A stretch of 64,000 nucleotides of DNA from the IMG/VR virus record IMGVR_UViG_3300032132_000001, positions 298,573 through 362,572 of that record, one strand, 5' to 3'. How positions within the stretch are numbered: the stretch's first letter is position 1; the number at the start of each line of letters is the position of its first letter. This document shows, in pieces, positions 35,928 through 45,256 of the stretch. Position numbers and translations under genes: made by a program. This stretch comes from a virus. A model generated the notes under the pieces. It made no database searches. It was not told the DNA's origin and saw only the letters and a program-made list of their open reading frames with translations.

Positions 35928-35944
35928 ACTATGAGGAGGGCGAC

Positions 35945-36625
35945 ATGCCTATCATCATCGAAATCCGTGCCGGCGAAGGCGGCAAGGACTCCAAGCTTTT
36001 CATCCACGATCTAGCGTCAGCATATATCAAGTATGCTAACAACCTAGGTCTCAAATCTGACCTGATCTATACCTCGGAGAGCCAAGTATCTCTGAAGGTA
36101 AACGGAGACGCTGAACAGCACTTCCAGCACGAATCTGGTAAGCACTGTGTCCAGCGCGTGCCCCCGACTGAGAATAAGGGGCGCTCTCACACCTCCACGA
36201 TCACGGTAGCAGTCCTCCCGATCTTAGAGCACGTCCATGTAGACGTACCAGATAGGGACATCGAGATAAAGACGCAAGGTGGTTCTGGGCCAGGCGGTCA
36301 ACATCAGAACAAGACTGATTCTGCTGTTCGCGCCACCCACAAGCCGACCAACATCCGAGTCTTTATCAACGGGAAGGATCAACACTCCAATCGCCGGAAG
36401 GCGATCCAAATACTCAAATCCAGGATTGCTGCTCTAGAGCAGCAAAAGGTGGACGAAGAGCATAATGGAGAGCGGTTAGGTCAGATCGGTTTCGGAGGTC
36501 GCAGTAACAAGATTAGGACTTACAACTTCATAAAGAGTAGAGTTGTAGACCACCGACTGAAGACTAAGACTACACAGATCAAGAAAGTAATGAAGGGAAG
36601 GTTTGACCTGATACTGCAAACATAA
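35945..36625 (+). CDS. prfH: PrfH-like class-I peptide chain release factor of RF1 type, lacking domain 1 (226 aa)
   Basis: Aligns to RF1 domains 2-4: EIRAGEGG, CVQRVPPTENKGRSHTSTITVAVLP (RF1 RVQRVPATESQGRIHTSAxTVAV; the PxT tripeptide is PPT), GGSGPGGQHQNKTDSAVRATH (GGQ motif) and RSNKIRTYNFIKSRVVDHR (RTYNFPQGRVTDHR). About 110 N-terminal residues (domain 1) are absent, which is the architecture of RF-H. Confidence 0.75.
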   Translation: MPIIIEIRAGEGGKDSKLFIHDLASAYIKYANNLGLKSDLIYTSESQVSLKVNGDAEQHFQHESGKHCVQRVPPTENKGRSHTSTITVAVLPILEHVHVDVPDRDIEIKTQGGSGPGGQHQNKTDSAVRATHKPTNIRVFINGKDQHSNRRKAIQILKSRIAALEQQKVDEEHNGERLGQIGFGGRSNKIRTYNFIKSRVVDHRLKTKTTQIKKVMKGRFDLILQT

Positions 36626-36631
36626 AGTAGC

Positions 36632-37147
36632 ATGCGACTACTTACACTGAGTGAAGATCAGGGCGCCTACAAGATTGATGGTGCCCGGACGCTCCCCGAC
36701 CGGAAGAAGATCCAGAAGCTGGACAAAGCATTGTACGGCCGCCAGGGTTTCCGTCCTAAGATCATTCACACTGCAATTATGGCAGTAGATCGCGGCCAGG
36801 TTGTGGGCTATGTTGTGCTGAAGCCAAATAGTACCACTCTTTACTGGCTGCGATCTGGTATACACCCAGATTACGAAGATTCCAACCTGGCCAGAGAGCT
36901 ATGGGCATATATCCAAAATATCATGCCTCCGCTTGGGTTCAAAGAGATCACTGCTAGAACATCAGACGAGAATAAGAGCGCCCTATTTAGTAAGATCTTG
37001 GGTGAGCCTGTTGGAAACATCCAGTTCAAGCACAAGAAGGTAGACAAGTTCAGGGCATGCTTGGAGAAGCAGGAAGAAATGCCCGCCACCGAGCAACGGG
37101 CACAAAAGAGGACAGCCTCACGGGCAGGAGCACGATACTCATCATGA
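36632..37147 (+). CDS. hypothetical protein (171 aa)
   Basis: ORF immediately after prfH-like; faint acyl-CoA N-acyltransferase-like pattern (QVVGYVVL...ELWAYI), not secure. Confidence 0.35.
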   Translation: MRLLTLSEDQGAYKIDGARTLPDRKKIQKLDKALYGRQGFRPKIIHTAIMAVDRGQVVGYVVLKPNSTTLYWLRSGIHPDYEDSNLARELWAYIQNIMPPLGFKEITARTSDENKSALFSKILGEPVGNIQFKHKKVDKFRACLEKQEEMPATEQRAQKRTASRAGARYSS

Positions 37148-37635
37148 AATCGTTCGAAGATCGCCTGAATAAAGCTCTTGCCGAAATGCAATATAAATCC
37201 CCAACTTCCTCCCATTCTCGAAAGCAGATGGGGTTGGGTAGGGCGGCCATCACCCCTGAAGCTTCCCAGACTCTTGGTGGGCATAAACCTCAGAAGCCCA
37301 GCAAGAAAAAGAAGAAAAAAGCTAAAAAGATCGATGAAGGTTATTGTTACGATATGAGGGGTAAGTTGTCTGGGAACCTCATCTGCCACGACAACTCGAC
37401 GACGATACCAAAAGGGTCCGAGATCAGAATCGTAGACCCAGCACATTCTCTACCCGACATTGAATATGATGGGTCAATATATAGCGTAGACGAAGCCGCC
37501 TTGTTCAAGGTCTTCAAGCCAGAAGACAGTTTTCACAACCGTTTGTGTAAGGCTCTCTGTGGTATGAAAGACGGGAGCCCTCTAGATAGGCGATTCACCA
37601 TCGTTGAACCAGATATACTGGCAACGATATCTTGA
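37144..37635 (+). CDS. hypothetical protein, SFEDRLN family member 1 (163 aa)
   Basis: Internal ATG overlapping the upstream stop (ATGA); N-terminus MKSFEDRLNKALAEM is shared with 39631-40179 (MSFEDRLNEVIAEL); poly-Lys stretch KKKKKKAKK. Confidence 0.45.
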   Translation: MKSFEDRLNKALAEMQYKSPTSSHSRKQMGLGRAAITPEASQTLGGHKPQKPSKKKKKKAKKIDEGYCYDMRGKLSGNLICHDNSTTIPKGSEIRIVDPAHSLPDIEYDGSIYSVDEAALFKVFKPEDSFHNRLCKALCGMKDGSPLDRRFTIVEPDILATIS

Positions 37636-37677
37636 TGTCGTAGTATTTTGACACTAAGTCCTAAAGAGGAGGCCCGT

Positions 37678-38502
37678 ATGAAAGAGGTCGATCTAGTACT
37701 TAGTGGTAGCTCAACGAAATATCCTTGTCATGTAGGGTTTATCAAAGGGATTCAAGAGCTAGAATTTGACGTCCGTCGTTTAGCACTAAATTCTGGTGGG
37801 TCGATGATCGGCGGTTTTTATGCTGCTGGGATGTCGATGGACGAAATGATGGATATGACGTACCGCACTGATATATGCGGTTTCCTAAATAAGGGATTCT
37901 TAGCCATTAGGCGGCTTAGTAATCATGGCTATCTAAGTAACGGCTGGAGATTCTACCGATTCCTCAAAAAGAAGACGGGGAAGAAAAAGCTCCGCGACAT
38001 CGATATTCCAATCTTCATTATGGCATCTAATTTCTCCAAATATGAACTTCACGTTTTCACCCAAGAGACAGATCCGGACGTCCTCCTGGCAGATGCAATC
38101 TATATGAGTTGTACAATGCCCGGAGCGTTCATGCCTATCGTTCGTGATGGGGACTCCTACCGAGATGGTGGGATCCACAAAGACTTCCCATGGGATATCT
38201 GGACCGATTGCCCTAGGACTAGGATTGGCCACCTGATCGCCTTCTCTCATAAAATGATTGTAGACCAGCGCAGTTGGTCAGGGTTTATGGAGTTAGCCGC
38301 TTACGGGGCTAATGTTTCCTTTAAGAACGTAAAGGAATCTCTGGATAAGGGACCTAAAGAGCCTGATGGCTATATTGTAGAGAGCTACGGCATGTGTCTG
38401 CCGGCATTCCGTCTGGCCATAAATAAAGACCAGAGGATGGCAATGATCCAGGAAGGGTATCACAATACCATGTCCAAACTTTCTGACATTGACGTAAAGT
38501 AG
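37678..38502 (+). CDS. patatin-like phospholipase
   Basis: Start at the ATG with a strong SD (AGAGGAGG). MKEVDLVLSGSSTKYPCHVGFIKG (oxyanion/Gly-rich), NSGGSMIGG (GxSxG nucleophile) and YRDGGI (catalytic DGG). Confidence 0.6.
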   Translation: MKEVDLVLSGSSTKYPCHVGFIKGIQELEFDVRRLALNSGGSMIGGFYAAGMSMDEMMDMTYRTDICGFLNKGFLAIRRLSNHGYLSNGWRFYRFLKKKTGKKKLRDIDIPIFIMASNFSKYELHVFTQETDPDVLLADAIYMSCTMPGAFMPIVRDGDSYRDGGIHKDFPWDIWTDCPRTRIGHLIAFSHKMIVDQRSWSGFMELAAYGANVSFKNVKESLDKGPKEPDGYIVESYGMCLPAFRLAINKDQRMAMIQEGYHNTMSKLSDIDVK

Positions 38503-38548
38503 TTCCAAACTAAAAATAGTGTAACTCTCTTGGATTCAAGGATATATC

Positions 38549-39622
38549 ATGAAAAATAGGCAAATACTACATGTCCCCTCGGATAGAGTGAAGGGAAAGG
38601 ACTATAGGGGAGAAGTAGAATTTATCATAAAAGATCGAAACGGAACCATAATTGATAGACACATCGAACCTAACATTGTCAAGATCTTCTCCAAGGAAAT
38701 GCTCGCCCACACCCTTCCATTTAGTAAGGTATGGGACCCAGACGCCAATACAGGCTTAGGGGATTGGATCGCTAGCACTCTAGATCCAGATGAGGATTTC
38801 GCAGCTAAGTATATCCTATTTGGTGCGTCTTTCGACGACGATGGCGTACCACTAGACGCAAATGATCCAAGATACTACACGGCTGATGATGTGACCGGCG
38901 GGGTGATCCCAATCAGGTTAGGGCCTGGTGCCGACTACGACGGTGGCCTAATTAACGCCATCCCGATTGCAGAACCTGATCGTCCGTTGAAGAGGATTGA
39001 AAGCCAGAGCTTCGAACCAACATATCAGCCTTCAGGTAGCCCATTCCTTCAGGCTGATGTTCGGGCAATGAATAACATCCTGGTCCTTGAGACTACACTA
39101 AGGTCAGCTGAATATAACGGCTTTGGTCTGACAGACAGCGACTTCTTTACGATCACTGAGGTCGCTCTAGCTGGTGGTAGAGAAATCGGGGCCGTAGGAG
39201 CCTGCGAGTGCACTCCTAGAGAGCTGTTCCTTGAAGGCATTGCTGGTACAGATGGGCTAGACTCCGCCATCCCAGTGATCATGTCTGGTGGTGACACCGT
39301 TTCCATCGATCCAAGCATTATGGACGTGGATCAAGTCAAGGAAGGTGACCAGATTATGCTAGTCTCAGAGACTAGCGACATCAAGAATCTCGACAAGCTA
39401 GATCAGATTTCGCCCTTCTACCTCGTGTTGAGCAAAGCTCCAACCGGGCGAGACATCGTACTTGATCGTGTTCCGGTCGATTCTGATCAGAACCCGCTCA
39501 CCGGAACAAATGGAATGTTCCGCGACACTCTCCGAATCTTCAGCCATCGTATCCTTCTTACTCCAGTGAAGAAATCCGGTGACTTCGAAATCATCACCAG
39601 ATGGCGGATCATCTTCAACTAA
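38549..39622 (+). CDS. hypothetical structural-type protein (357 aa)
   Basis: ORF; Asp/Gly/Thr-rich, no motif recognised. Confidence 0.45.
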   Translation: MKNRQILHVPSDRVKGKDYRGEVEFIIKDRNGTIIDRHIEPNIVKIFSKEMLAHTLPFSKVWDPDANTGLGDWIASTLDPDEDFAAKYILFGASFDDDGVPLDANDPRYYTADDVTGGVIPIRLGPGADYDGGLINAIPIAEPDRPLKRIESQSFEPTYQPSGSPFLQADVRAMNNILVLETTLRSAEYNGFGLTDSDFFTITEVALAGGREIGAVGACECTPRELFLEGIAGTDGLDSAIPVIMSGGDTVSIDPSIMDVDQVKEGDQIMLVSETSDIKNLDKLDQISPFYLVLSKAPTGRDIVLDRVPVDSDQNPLTGTNGMFRDTLRIFSHRILLTPVKKSGDFEIITRWRIIFN

Positions 39623-39630
39623 GGTACGAC

Positions 39631-40179
39631 ATGAGCTTCGAAGACAGACTAAATGAGGTAATAGCAGAGTTAGAAGACCCTAGCGGGGAACAGGCAATCC
39701 GTGCAGCGGAAAAGCGAGCGGAACAGCTGGAAGCTGGGTATACGGATAAAGGTAAGGTTCCACCAAATATGCTACCTATCCGAAAACGGGCAACTCAAGA
39801 TGCTATTAAACGCGCCCAAGAACAACAGAAGAATATGCAAATAATGCAACAGGCCAAAGATGCCCTTGAACAAGCACAAGGCGATACTTCTGGGGTAGAA
39901 GACCAACTAGAACAAGGTGAAGAAACTGGTGATGCTATCAGTAAAGAAGTCGAATCATACCTAATAGCACACTCTATGGACGACCAAATAAACCAAGAAG
40001 CTGGTGGGCTCAAGAACGTCACCGGTAACATAAGTGGTAAGGGGCTTGGTAGTTCTGTCGGGACCCAGAGAAAGGCGAACCGACCGAGAATGGCTGCATC
40101 ACTAGAACGGGATTCTAGCCTAACTGAAGCTAAAATCCAATCTGCAGTAAGTGAGTACTTCGAAAATGCTTACGACTGA
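39631..40179 (+). CDS. hypothetical protein, SFEDRLN family member 2 (182 aa)
   Basis: Start at the internal ATG just after the upstream stop, with an AAGGT SD; MSFEDRLNEVIAELEDP...; Gln/Glu-rich. Confidence 0.45.
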   Translation: MSFEDRLNEVIAELEDPSGEQAIRAAEKRAEQLEAGYTDKGKVPPNMLPIRKRATQDAIKRAQEQQKNMQIMQQAKDALEQAQGDTSGVEDQLEQGEETGDAISKEVESYLIAHSMDDQINQEAGGLKNVTGNISGKGLGSSVGTQRKANRPRMAASLERDSSLTEAKIQSAVSEYFENAYD

Positions 40180-40221
40180 TATCTTCAAAAATACGAGTAA
40201 CCAAATAAGACGAGAGCAACC

Positions 40222-41964
40222 ATGCCTACAGTAAGCCCATCGTTGATTCCTTGCATCTCTCCTGGTAGTCTGTTTGAGAGATTGACGACGGATGATACGC
40301 TCAACATTCGGTGGTTGGTAGCAGACGATCCAGTCTTCTATGAAACGCTTAACCGCCCATCAGTAGACCTAGCGGTCCGTCAGCTAATCATCGCCAAGAC
40401 TCTAGATGCAGTGAATCTGCGTCTGGGTCATCAGGCTCTATTCCCATTCCTCATTCCTGCTCTTGTCGCTTCTGGCACGTCACTATTCAACCTCCCATCA
40501 TCTTGGATTTGGGATATGCACGTTTCACTTCCAAAGAAGTGGGAAAATGTGCGCCTGGCCAAGATCAAGAGAGTAAGTGGTGATAATGGTTCTACCGGCC
40601 CCGACTATACAGGTACTCTACGTCTAGTATTCACAGCCCAGCAGGTTTGGTCATCTGTAGAAGTCTCTACTTTCCAAGCTGATTATAGAATCGATAGCGA
40701 TCTAACATATCAGATATTCCAGATTGATATCCCAACATCGATCGAAGAAACTGTAGCTCTGAACCCTGGCGAATCCGAGACTATTGCAGGATTCGTGTAC
40801 TTCAGAACTCTAGACAGAGACGATGAAGAAGTTCAGACATTCCTGAACGCTATGGCCCCACCGGTCGCTGGAACTGACGGAGACTCGGACGGGGAATACG
40901 ACATCCCGGAAGTCTACGAAATCGTAGACACGCCAGCCGGTGGTTCTGGGGTGGGCGATGACTACAGCCTGTCGGCTACAAGCCATGGTACAGGTCTACT
41001 AGTCGCAAGCGCGACCAACCCAATCCCAGCGCTAGATTCGGATGCGGCCACCTGGCTCGCTGCATTCAACTATCCGTTTGGGGAAGTTGCCACTAGATCT
41101 TCCACATCGCCTGCTGGGATCACTATTCCGGCAGCGCTGTTCAAAGAGTTCAATATCATTGCCCCTTCATCAGATGAGCCGACAGGAGATGTCAGCGGAG
41201 CATTCAACCCAGTCTGGATCAACAGGATCCGGAGAGACGACGCGGGCTCCGATACTATCACCATGTTCTTCGCGACGTTCAACGTCTCCACAGCACCCAC
41301 CACGGTACCTGTAGAGTTCGCGAGCCTGACGCTAGAACGTGGATGGGAAACTGACCGCATTGCATCTATCGATCCTGTGGCTAACCTTCTAGGTGCTACT
41401 GGCACAGATGTAGATAACTTCCTCCAGGAATTCGGTCGAGGCCACGTAGTCTTGTCCAACCTGTGGGACGGTACCACGTCGGTGGTAGATGAGTTCTTCG
41501 ACAGCTTCATCGGCATTCTAGATGAGCCACCGGACGCCGTTTTCGTCAAGGAAGCTACCCGTCTTTCTTCTTACGCTGTCAGCCGGGTCCCACGTTACAC
41601 ACCAACTGCGGGACAAGCGGAGGCCCTTCTCGGCTCCAGAGCGGGTACAAGCGACCCAGATTCCAGCAACCGGTATGTGGTAGAGGCTGATCAGGGTGCG
41701 GGAGATGAGGTAGACTTCGCTACCAGCACCGAGCTGGCCGAAGACAAGCGTGAAAATCCGGACATCGAGAGGTTCGGTTGTACGGGCGCTCTTACCCACA
41801 GAGCGGTCAAGCTCATCATCGACGCATCTGGCACCAGCCACGACTATGACACTGATATCTTACCGCGCCTGAGAATCCTTCTTGGACGCGATCCGCAGTT
41901 TGGAGACTTCTGGTGGGATGGTACCCGCCTCAAGTTCTACAACGGAAACGCCTGGATCGGTTAA
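40222..41964 (+). CDS. hypothetical structural-type protein (580 aa)
   Basis: ORF; acidic, Thr/Ser/Gly-rich; no motif recognised. Confidence 0.5.
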   Translation: MPTVSPSLIPCISPGSLFERLTTDDTLNIRWLVADDPVFYETLNRPSVDLAVRQLIIAKTLDAVNLRLGHQALFPFLIPALVASGTSLFNLPSSWIWDMHVSLPKKWENVRLAKIKRVSGDNGSTGPDYTGTLRLVFTAQQVWSSVEVSTFQADYRIDSDLTYQIFQIDIPTSIEETVALNPGESETIAGFVYFRTLDRDDEEVQTFLNAMAPPVAGTDGDSDGEYDIPEVYEIVDTPAGGSGVGDDYSLSATSHGTGLLVASATNPIPALDSDAATWLAAFNYPFGEVATRSSTSPAGITIPAALFKEFNIIAPSSDEPTGDVSGAFNPVWINRIRRDDAGSDTITMFFATFNVSTAPTTVPVEFASLTLERGWETDRIASIDPVANLLGATGTDVDNFLQEFGRGHVVLSNLWDGTTSVVDEFFDSFIGILDEPPDAVFVKEATRLSSYAVSRVPRYTPTAGQAEALLGSRAGTSDPDSSNRYVVEADQGAGDEVDFATSTELAEDKRENPDIERFGCTGALTHRAVKLIIDASGTSHDYDTDILPRLRILLGRDPQFGDFWWDGTRLKFYNGNAWIG

Positions 41965-42239
41965 TGGATATCACGTCGGCATATCTCGCTCTGAAAGACG
42001 CAGAAAACGTCAAGATCATCAAGGAAGGCGACGGCTATATCATCGACAACGGTGAGGGCCTGAGATTCCGGACTAAATCTTTCGACGACGTGAAGCGTCT
42101 CCAGCAGAAGCTAAATGAGCACAGATCTAAGATGCTCAGCCATCACGCTTCCCTCTTGCACAAGAAGATCACTCAGATCCAAAAAGGGCAAGAGGAGAAA
42201 GACGAGAATCCGAGCGTTACCTATCGGAATCTTGGATAG
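41964..42239 (+). CDS. hypothetical small protein (91 aa)
   Basis: Internal ATG (MDITSAYLALKDAENVKII...) overlapping the upstream stop as TAATG; the track's longer form would overlap by 52 nt. Confidence 0.35.
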   Translation: MDITSAYLALKDAENVKIIKEGDGYIIDNGEGLRFRTKSFDDVKRLQQKLNEHRSKMLSHHASLLHKKITQIQKGQEEKDENPSVTYRNLG

Positions 42240-42265
42240 CTTCTAGATAGCGCCTGTGGGTAAGG

Positions 42266-42273
42266 TGTATAAT
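42266..42273 (+). promoter_or_regulatory. candidate extended -10 promoter element (TGTATAAT) in the AT-rich 42240-42514 gap
   Basis: TGTATAAT exactly matches the TGnTATAAT consensus; it lies in the longest AT-rich non-coding stretch of the window, 240 nt upstream of the 42515 gene and the following fibre-gene array. Confidence 0.3.
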
Positions 42274-42514
42274 GCAATCTTCGACGTTCAAGTCGGATAG
42301 TTTGCATTTCTTCGGAAGCTCAGTGTGAGAATAAGACCAATAGAACCACGGACAGGTCTTACATCTTTCTCTTAATTCTGATCTTATTTTATCATTATCA
42401 TAGGAATTATTTCTCACAATATATATTTTATTCAGAAAATATGCCACTTTGTAGTAGTGGGCTCAAATGTAGATAAAGCAGACGGACTTCAAACAATCAT
42501 ACGGAGCCTTTACA

Positions 42515-42913
42515 ATGGAAATGCTGATTGGCATCATCCAAATCGTCCTCGATTTCCTCGCAGATCAGGGTCTTGAAGGTCAGGAGCAGATCCTGGCTCT
42601 AGTGGGTATCAGCATGGGGTCGGGCGCGGCCCTGCTTCACCCAACCATTGCCCTTCTCCGAAATCTGTTCCTAGGCGGTAAGCGTGCCGTCCAGTGGCCA
42701 GGTGAACAGGTTCGTGCGCGTCGTCTGCGCAAGTTCCAGGAAGAGAAAGAGAAGCGGGATCTCAAGAAGCTCGTCAAGAAGATGGCGGGCAAGCTGGACA
42801 GGCAAGAGAAGACTCTGGCTTCTCTGAAGAGCGACGTCTACGAAGACGACTCCTGCGAGTTGGTCCTTGCAGATCTCGACGATTGCGACCTGGAAGAGCT
42901 AGATCTCGACTAG
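42515..42913 (+). CDS. hypothetical protein (132 aa)
   Basis: ORF; hydrophobic/Gly-rich N-half, basic middle (RARRLRKFQEEKEKRDLKKLVKK), acidic C-terminus. Confidence 0.45.
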   Translation: MEMLIGIIQIVLDFLADQGLEGQEQILALVGISMGSGAALLHPTIALLRNLFLGGKRAVQWPGEQVRARRLRKFQEEKEKRDLKKLVKKMAGKLDRQEKTLASLKSDVYEDDSCELVLADLDDCDLEELDLD

Positions 42914-42941
42914 TATCGCTCCCAGCAACACTAAATTCTCG

Positions 42942-42978
42942 ACTGCCCCGTACACCTTGTTGCGGGGCAGTTGTGTAT
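42942..42978 (+). terminator. rho-independent terminator candidate
   Basis: ACTGCCCCG - 12-nt loop - CGGGGCAGT, a perfect 9-bp GC-rich inverted repeat, followed by TGTGTAT; sits between stop 42913 and start 43013. Confidence 0.5.
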
Positions 42979-43012
42979 CCAAACATACTGTAGTCAACTA
43001 TGAGATAATTTA

Positions 43013-45256
43013 ATGGCCAATCTTCCAACTGCTCCCTTCGACGGTCAGATATTTATAGATGCATTCCGTGTGAAGTGGCAGTTCGATGGTGATTCCCACT
43101 GCTGGCGTCGCATCGGAGTGGAGCCAGATATCCCGGTAGCTACTCAGGCAATGGAAGGATTACTATCCGCTCAGCTCCAGCAAGTCCTAAATGGCATTCC
43201 GCCGAAGGGTGGCCACTTTGGGATCGTCGCTCGACCGCTGCCAACCCTTAATACTCAAAAGAAAGTCCTGTTCCGGGACGCAGTGAAGATCTCATTCACG
43301 ACTGCTGCCGGCTCATCTGTCCGATCTAATAATGCATTCGAAGTAGACCAAATGAAGCCGAGCGAGAATCGCAATCGGCTTCTCATCTTCACCTCTGGCC
43401 CTCTCAATGGTGAAGTATATCTAATCTTCGATAACACCGACCGCGATTATCTCCTACATGGTAATGCTAGTGGTTCGCGGCCGGGAGATCGGTTCGACAT
43501 TGTAGAACTAGATTCGTTCAACCCAAGTGGTACAATCTCAGGTGAGATCGAGCTTGTAAGTGAGTCTATCGACATCACTTGTGTTGATACAAATGGCGAT
43601 CCGGTAGATCTAGTCAACGGTAAGCAGTGCTTTTTCTGCGAGACGAGTGATGAAGAAGAATCTCTGCCGGGTTTTGATTTCCGCGTGTCGGAGAACTTCA
43701 TCCAGCAGTTCTGTGCGGTTATTCCAGGTTGTGAGGGGCCGAGAGGGGACACAGGCGGCACGGGCGACGACGGTACACCTGGAACTGGAGATGGGCCGCA
43801 AGGGGAACAGGGTGAGGCCGGGTTGGACGCTCCAGCAGATCCGGCTGAGTTTACCGGTATCAAGGTCGTCGATATTGCCGATATCTTCGATACTGCCGTC
43901 GTCAGCATGGAGCTTGACGCCACCAATAATAAACTGAACATCATCAAAGCCAAGATCAAGACGCCCGATGTAGACAGCCCAGCAGACCAGCTGATTACTA
44001 CCCCGATCGACAGAACCCTCAATTTCGTAGATGATGCTTTCGGCTACGAGCTGCTCTTCCCTTCCCTCGACCCTATTGGTGAGGGAGATGTGGCTCTTGC
44101 ATACTTCCCCCTCGGTAAAGGCCCGGCGATTACTGATGGTATCGTCACCGGAAACGCAACCCAAATTGGCAAGACCCAACTGTCGGTGATGCTCAATCGG
44201 ATTATAGCTTTCTACCGTGAGAAGTTAGAAGAGCTATCAGATGAGTACGACTTACAGTTGAAAGAGGTGATCGAAGAGAAGGACACCGCTGCTCGCACAA
44301 TCTTAGCTGATCTGGCGCGAGAACTTGCAGAATGTGAGTGGTCTACTCCCCTCCAATTCTGCCTGGGTATCCAACCAAACTGCTTCAACCCAAATGAGAA
44401 CTTGGGCAGTTTCCCCTTCCCTCTAGCCGAGGTATTGGGTGGGCCGCTTTTCAAGGACGCAACTGCGACCGATATGGGGTTCCTCCAGATTCGCCCTGGT
44501 CAGCAGCTTCCGATCCCATCCCCGAAAGATACACCCACCGCTACACTACAGACAGACACCGCCTATCTGATCCAATACTTAGATGGCACATTCCAAACTG
44601 ATAGTGGGTTCGCTGTTGGTGACACCACCGGGAATGGCACCAAGCTGGTTATTACAGCTTCGGCAGATTCGGGCGATCAGACAATCGACTTCCCAGTACC
44701 AACCGGGAGCTTCAACGTAAACTCGGAAGATTCTGTGATCGAGGCGTACAAAGCGTCAGAGATCCAAGATATGAGCGTTTGGGTACAGTTCCCGCTTGAA
44801 TGTCCAATCTCTACCGCGACAATCACTCTCACATCGGAAGTTGGGGAGGATATTACTGCGACCGGAGTGATCAACATCAGATTGCTTCAGATCAGTCGTA
44901 AGCCAGTAGAGTCGTCTGGTCAAGAATCTCTGACGGGCGGGCCAGCTGGAGAGATCACTATCCAAATTCTCACTCCCCCTGTGGAGTGTGGCAACTTCTT
45001 CATTGAAGTTGCCGGGGATGGAACCGTCTTTGGTGGTGGTGAGAGTGTCCAAGGGGCACAAATATTAACTGAGAATGGCGCCAATATCCCTGGAAACGTA
45101 AACCCAAACAGCGCTTCTAACGGATTCCTTCAAGTTGTAGATTTCGGCCAATTGGACATCGGCGCAGCCGGCGCTGCTGTGATCAGCATAAATATAGGTG
45201 GTGGGCCGGTATCGTTCGTCGATGCATCACCAATCACAATAGGCACTGAACCATAA
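43013..45256 (+). CDS. fibre-like protein with a short collagen-like G-X-Y run (747 aa), paralog 1
   Basis: GPRGDTGGTGDDGTPGTGDGPQGEQGEAG is a run of G-X-Y triplets; N-terminus PFDGQIFIDAFRVKWQFDGDSHCWRRIGVE parallels the N-terminus of 45256-48927. Confidence 0.6.
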   Translation: MANLPTAPFDGQIFIDAFRVKWQFDGDSHCWRRIGVEPDIPVATQAMEGLLSAQLQQVLNGIPPKGGHFGIVARPLPTLNTQKKVLFRDAVKISFTTAAGSSVRSNNAFEVDQMKPSENRNRLLIFTSGPLNGEVYLIFDNTDRDYLLHGNASGSRPGDRFDIVELDSFNPSGTISGEIELVSESIDITCVDTNGDPVDLVNGKQCFFCETSDEEESLPGFDFRVSENFIQQFCAVIPGCEGPRGDTGGTGDDGTPGTGDGPQGEQGEAGLDAPADPAEFTGIKVVDIADIFDTAVVSMELDATNNKLNIIKAKIKTPDVDSPADQLITTPIDRTLNFVDDAFGYELLFPSLDPIGEGDVALAYFPLGKGPAITDGIVTGNATQIGKTQLSVMLNRIIAFYREKLEELSDEYDLQLKEVIEEKDTAARTILADLARELAECEWSTPLQFCLGIQPNCFNPNENLGSFPFPLAEVLGGPLFKDATATDMGFLQIRPGQQLPIPSPKDTPTATLQTDTAYLIQYLDGTFQTDSGFAVGDTTGNGTKLVITASADSGDQTIDFPVPTGSFNVNSEDSVIEAYKASEIQDMSVWVQFPLECPISTATITLTSEVGEDITATGVINIRLLQISRKPVESSGQESLTGGPAGEITIQILTPPVECGNFFIEVAGDGTVFGGGESVQGAQILTENGANIPGNVNPNSASNGFLQVVDFGQLDIGAAGAAVISINIGGGPVSFVDASPITIGTEP

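Noticed and set aside
42217-42447. 76-aa Cys-containing minus-strand ORF in the AT-rich spacer
   Set aside because: AT-rich non-coding context, no RBS, opposite to all neighbouring genes; the CxxC spacing could be chance in low-complexity sequence
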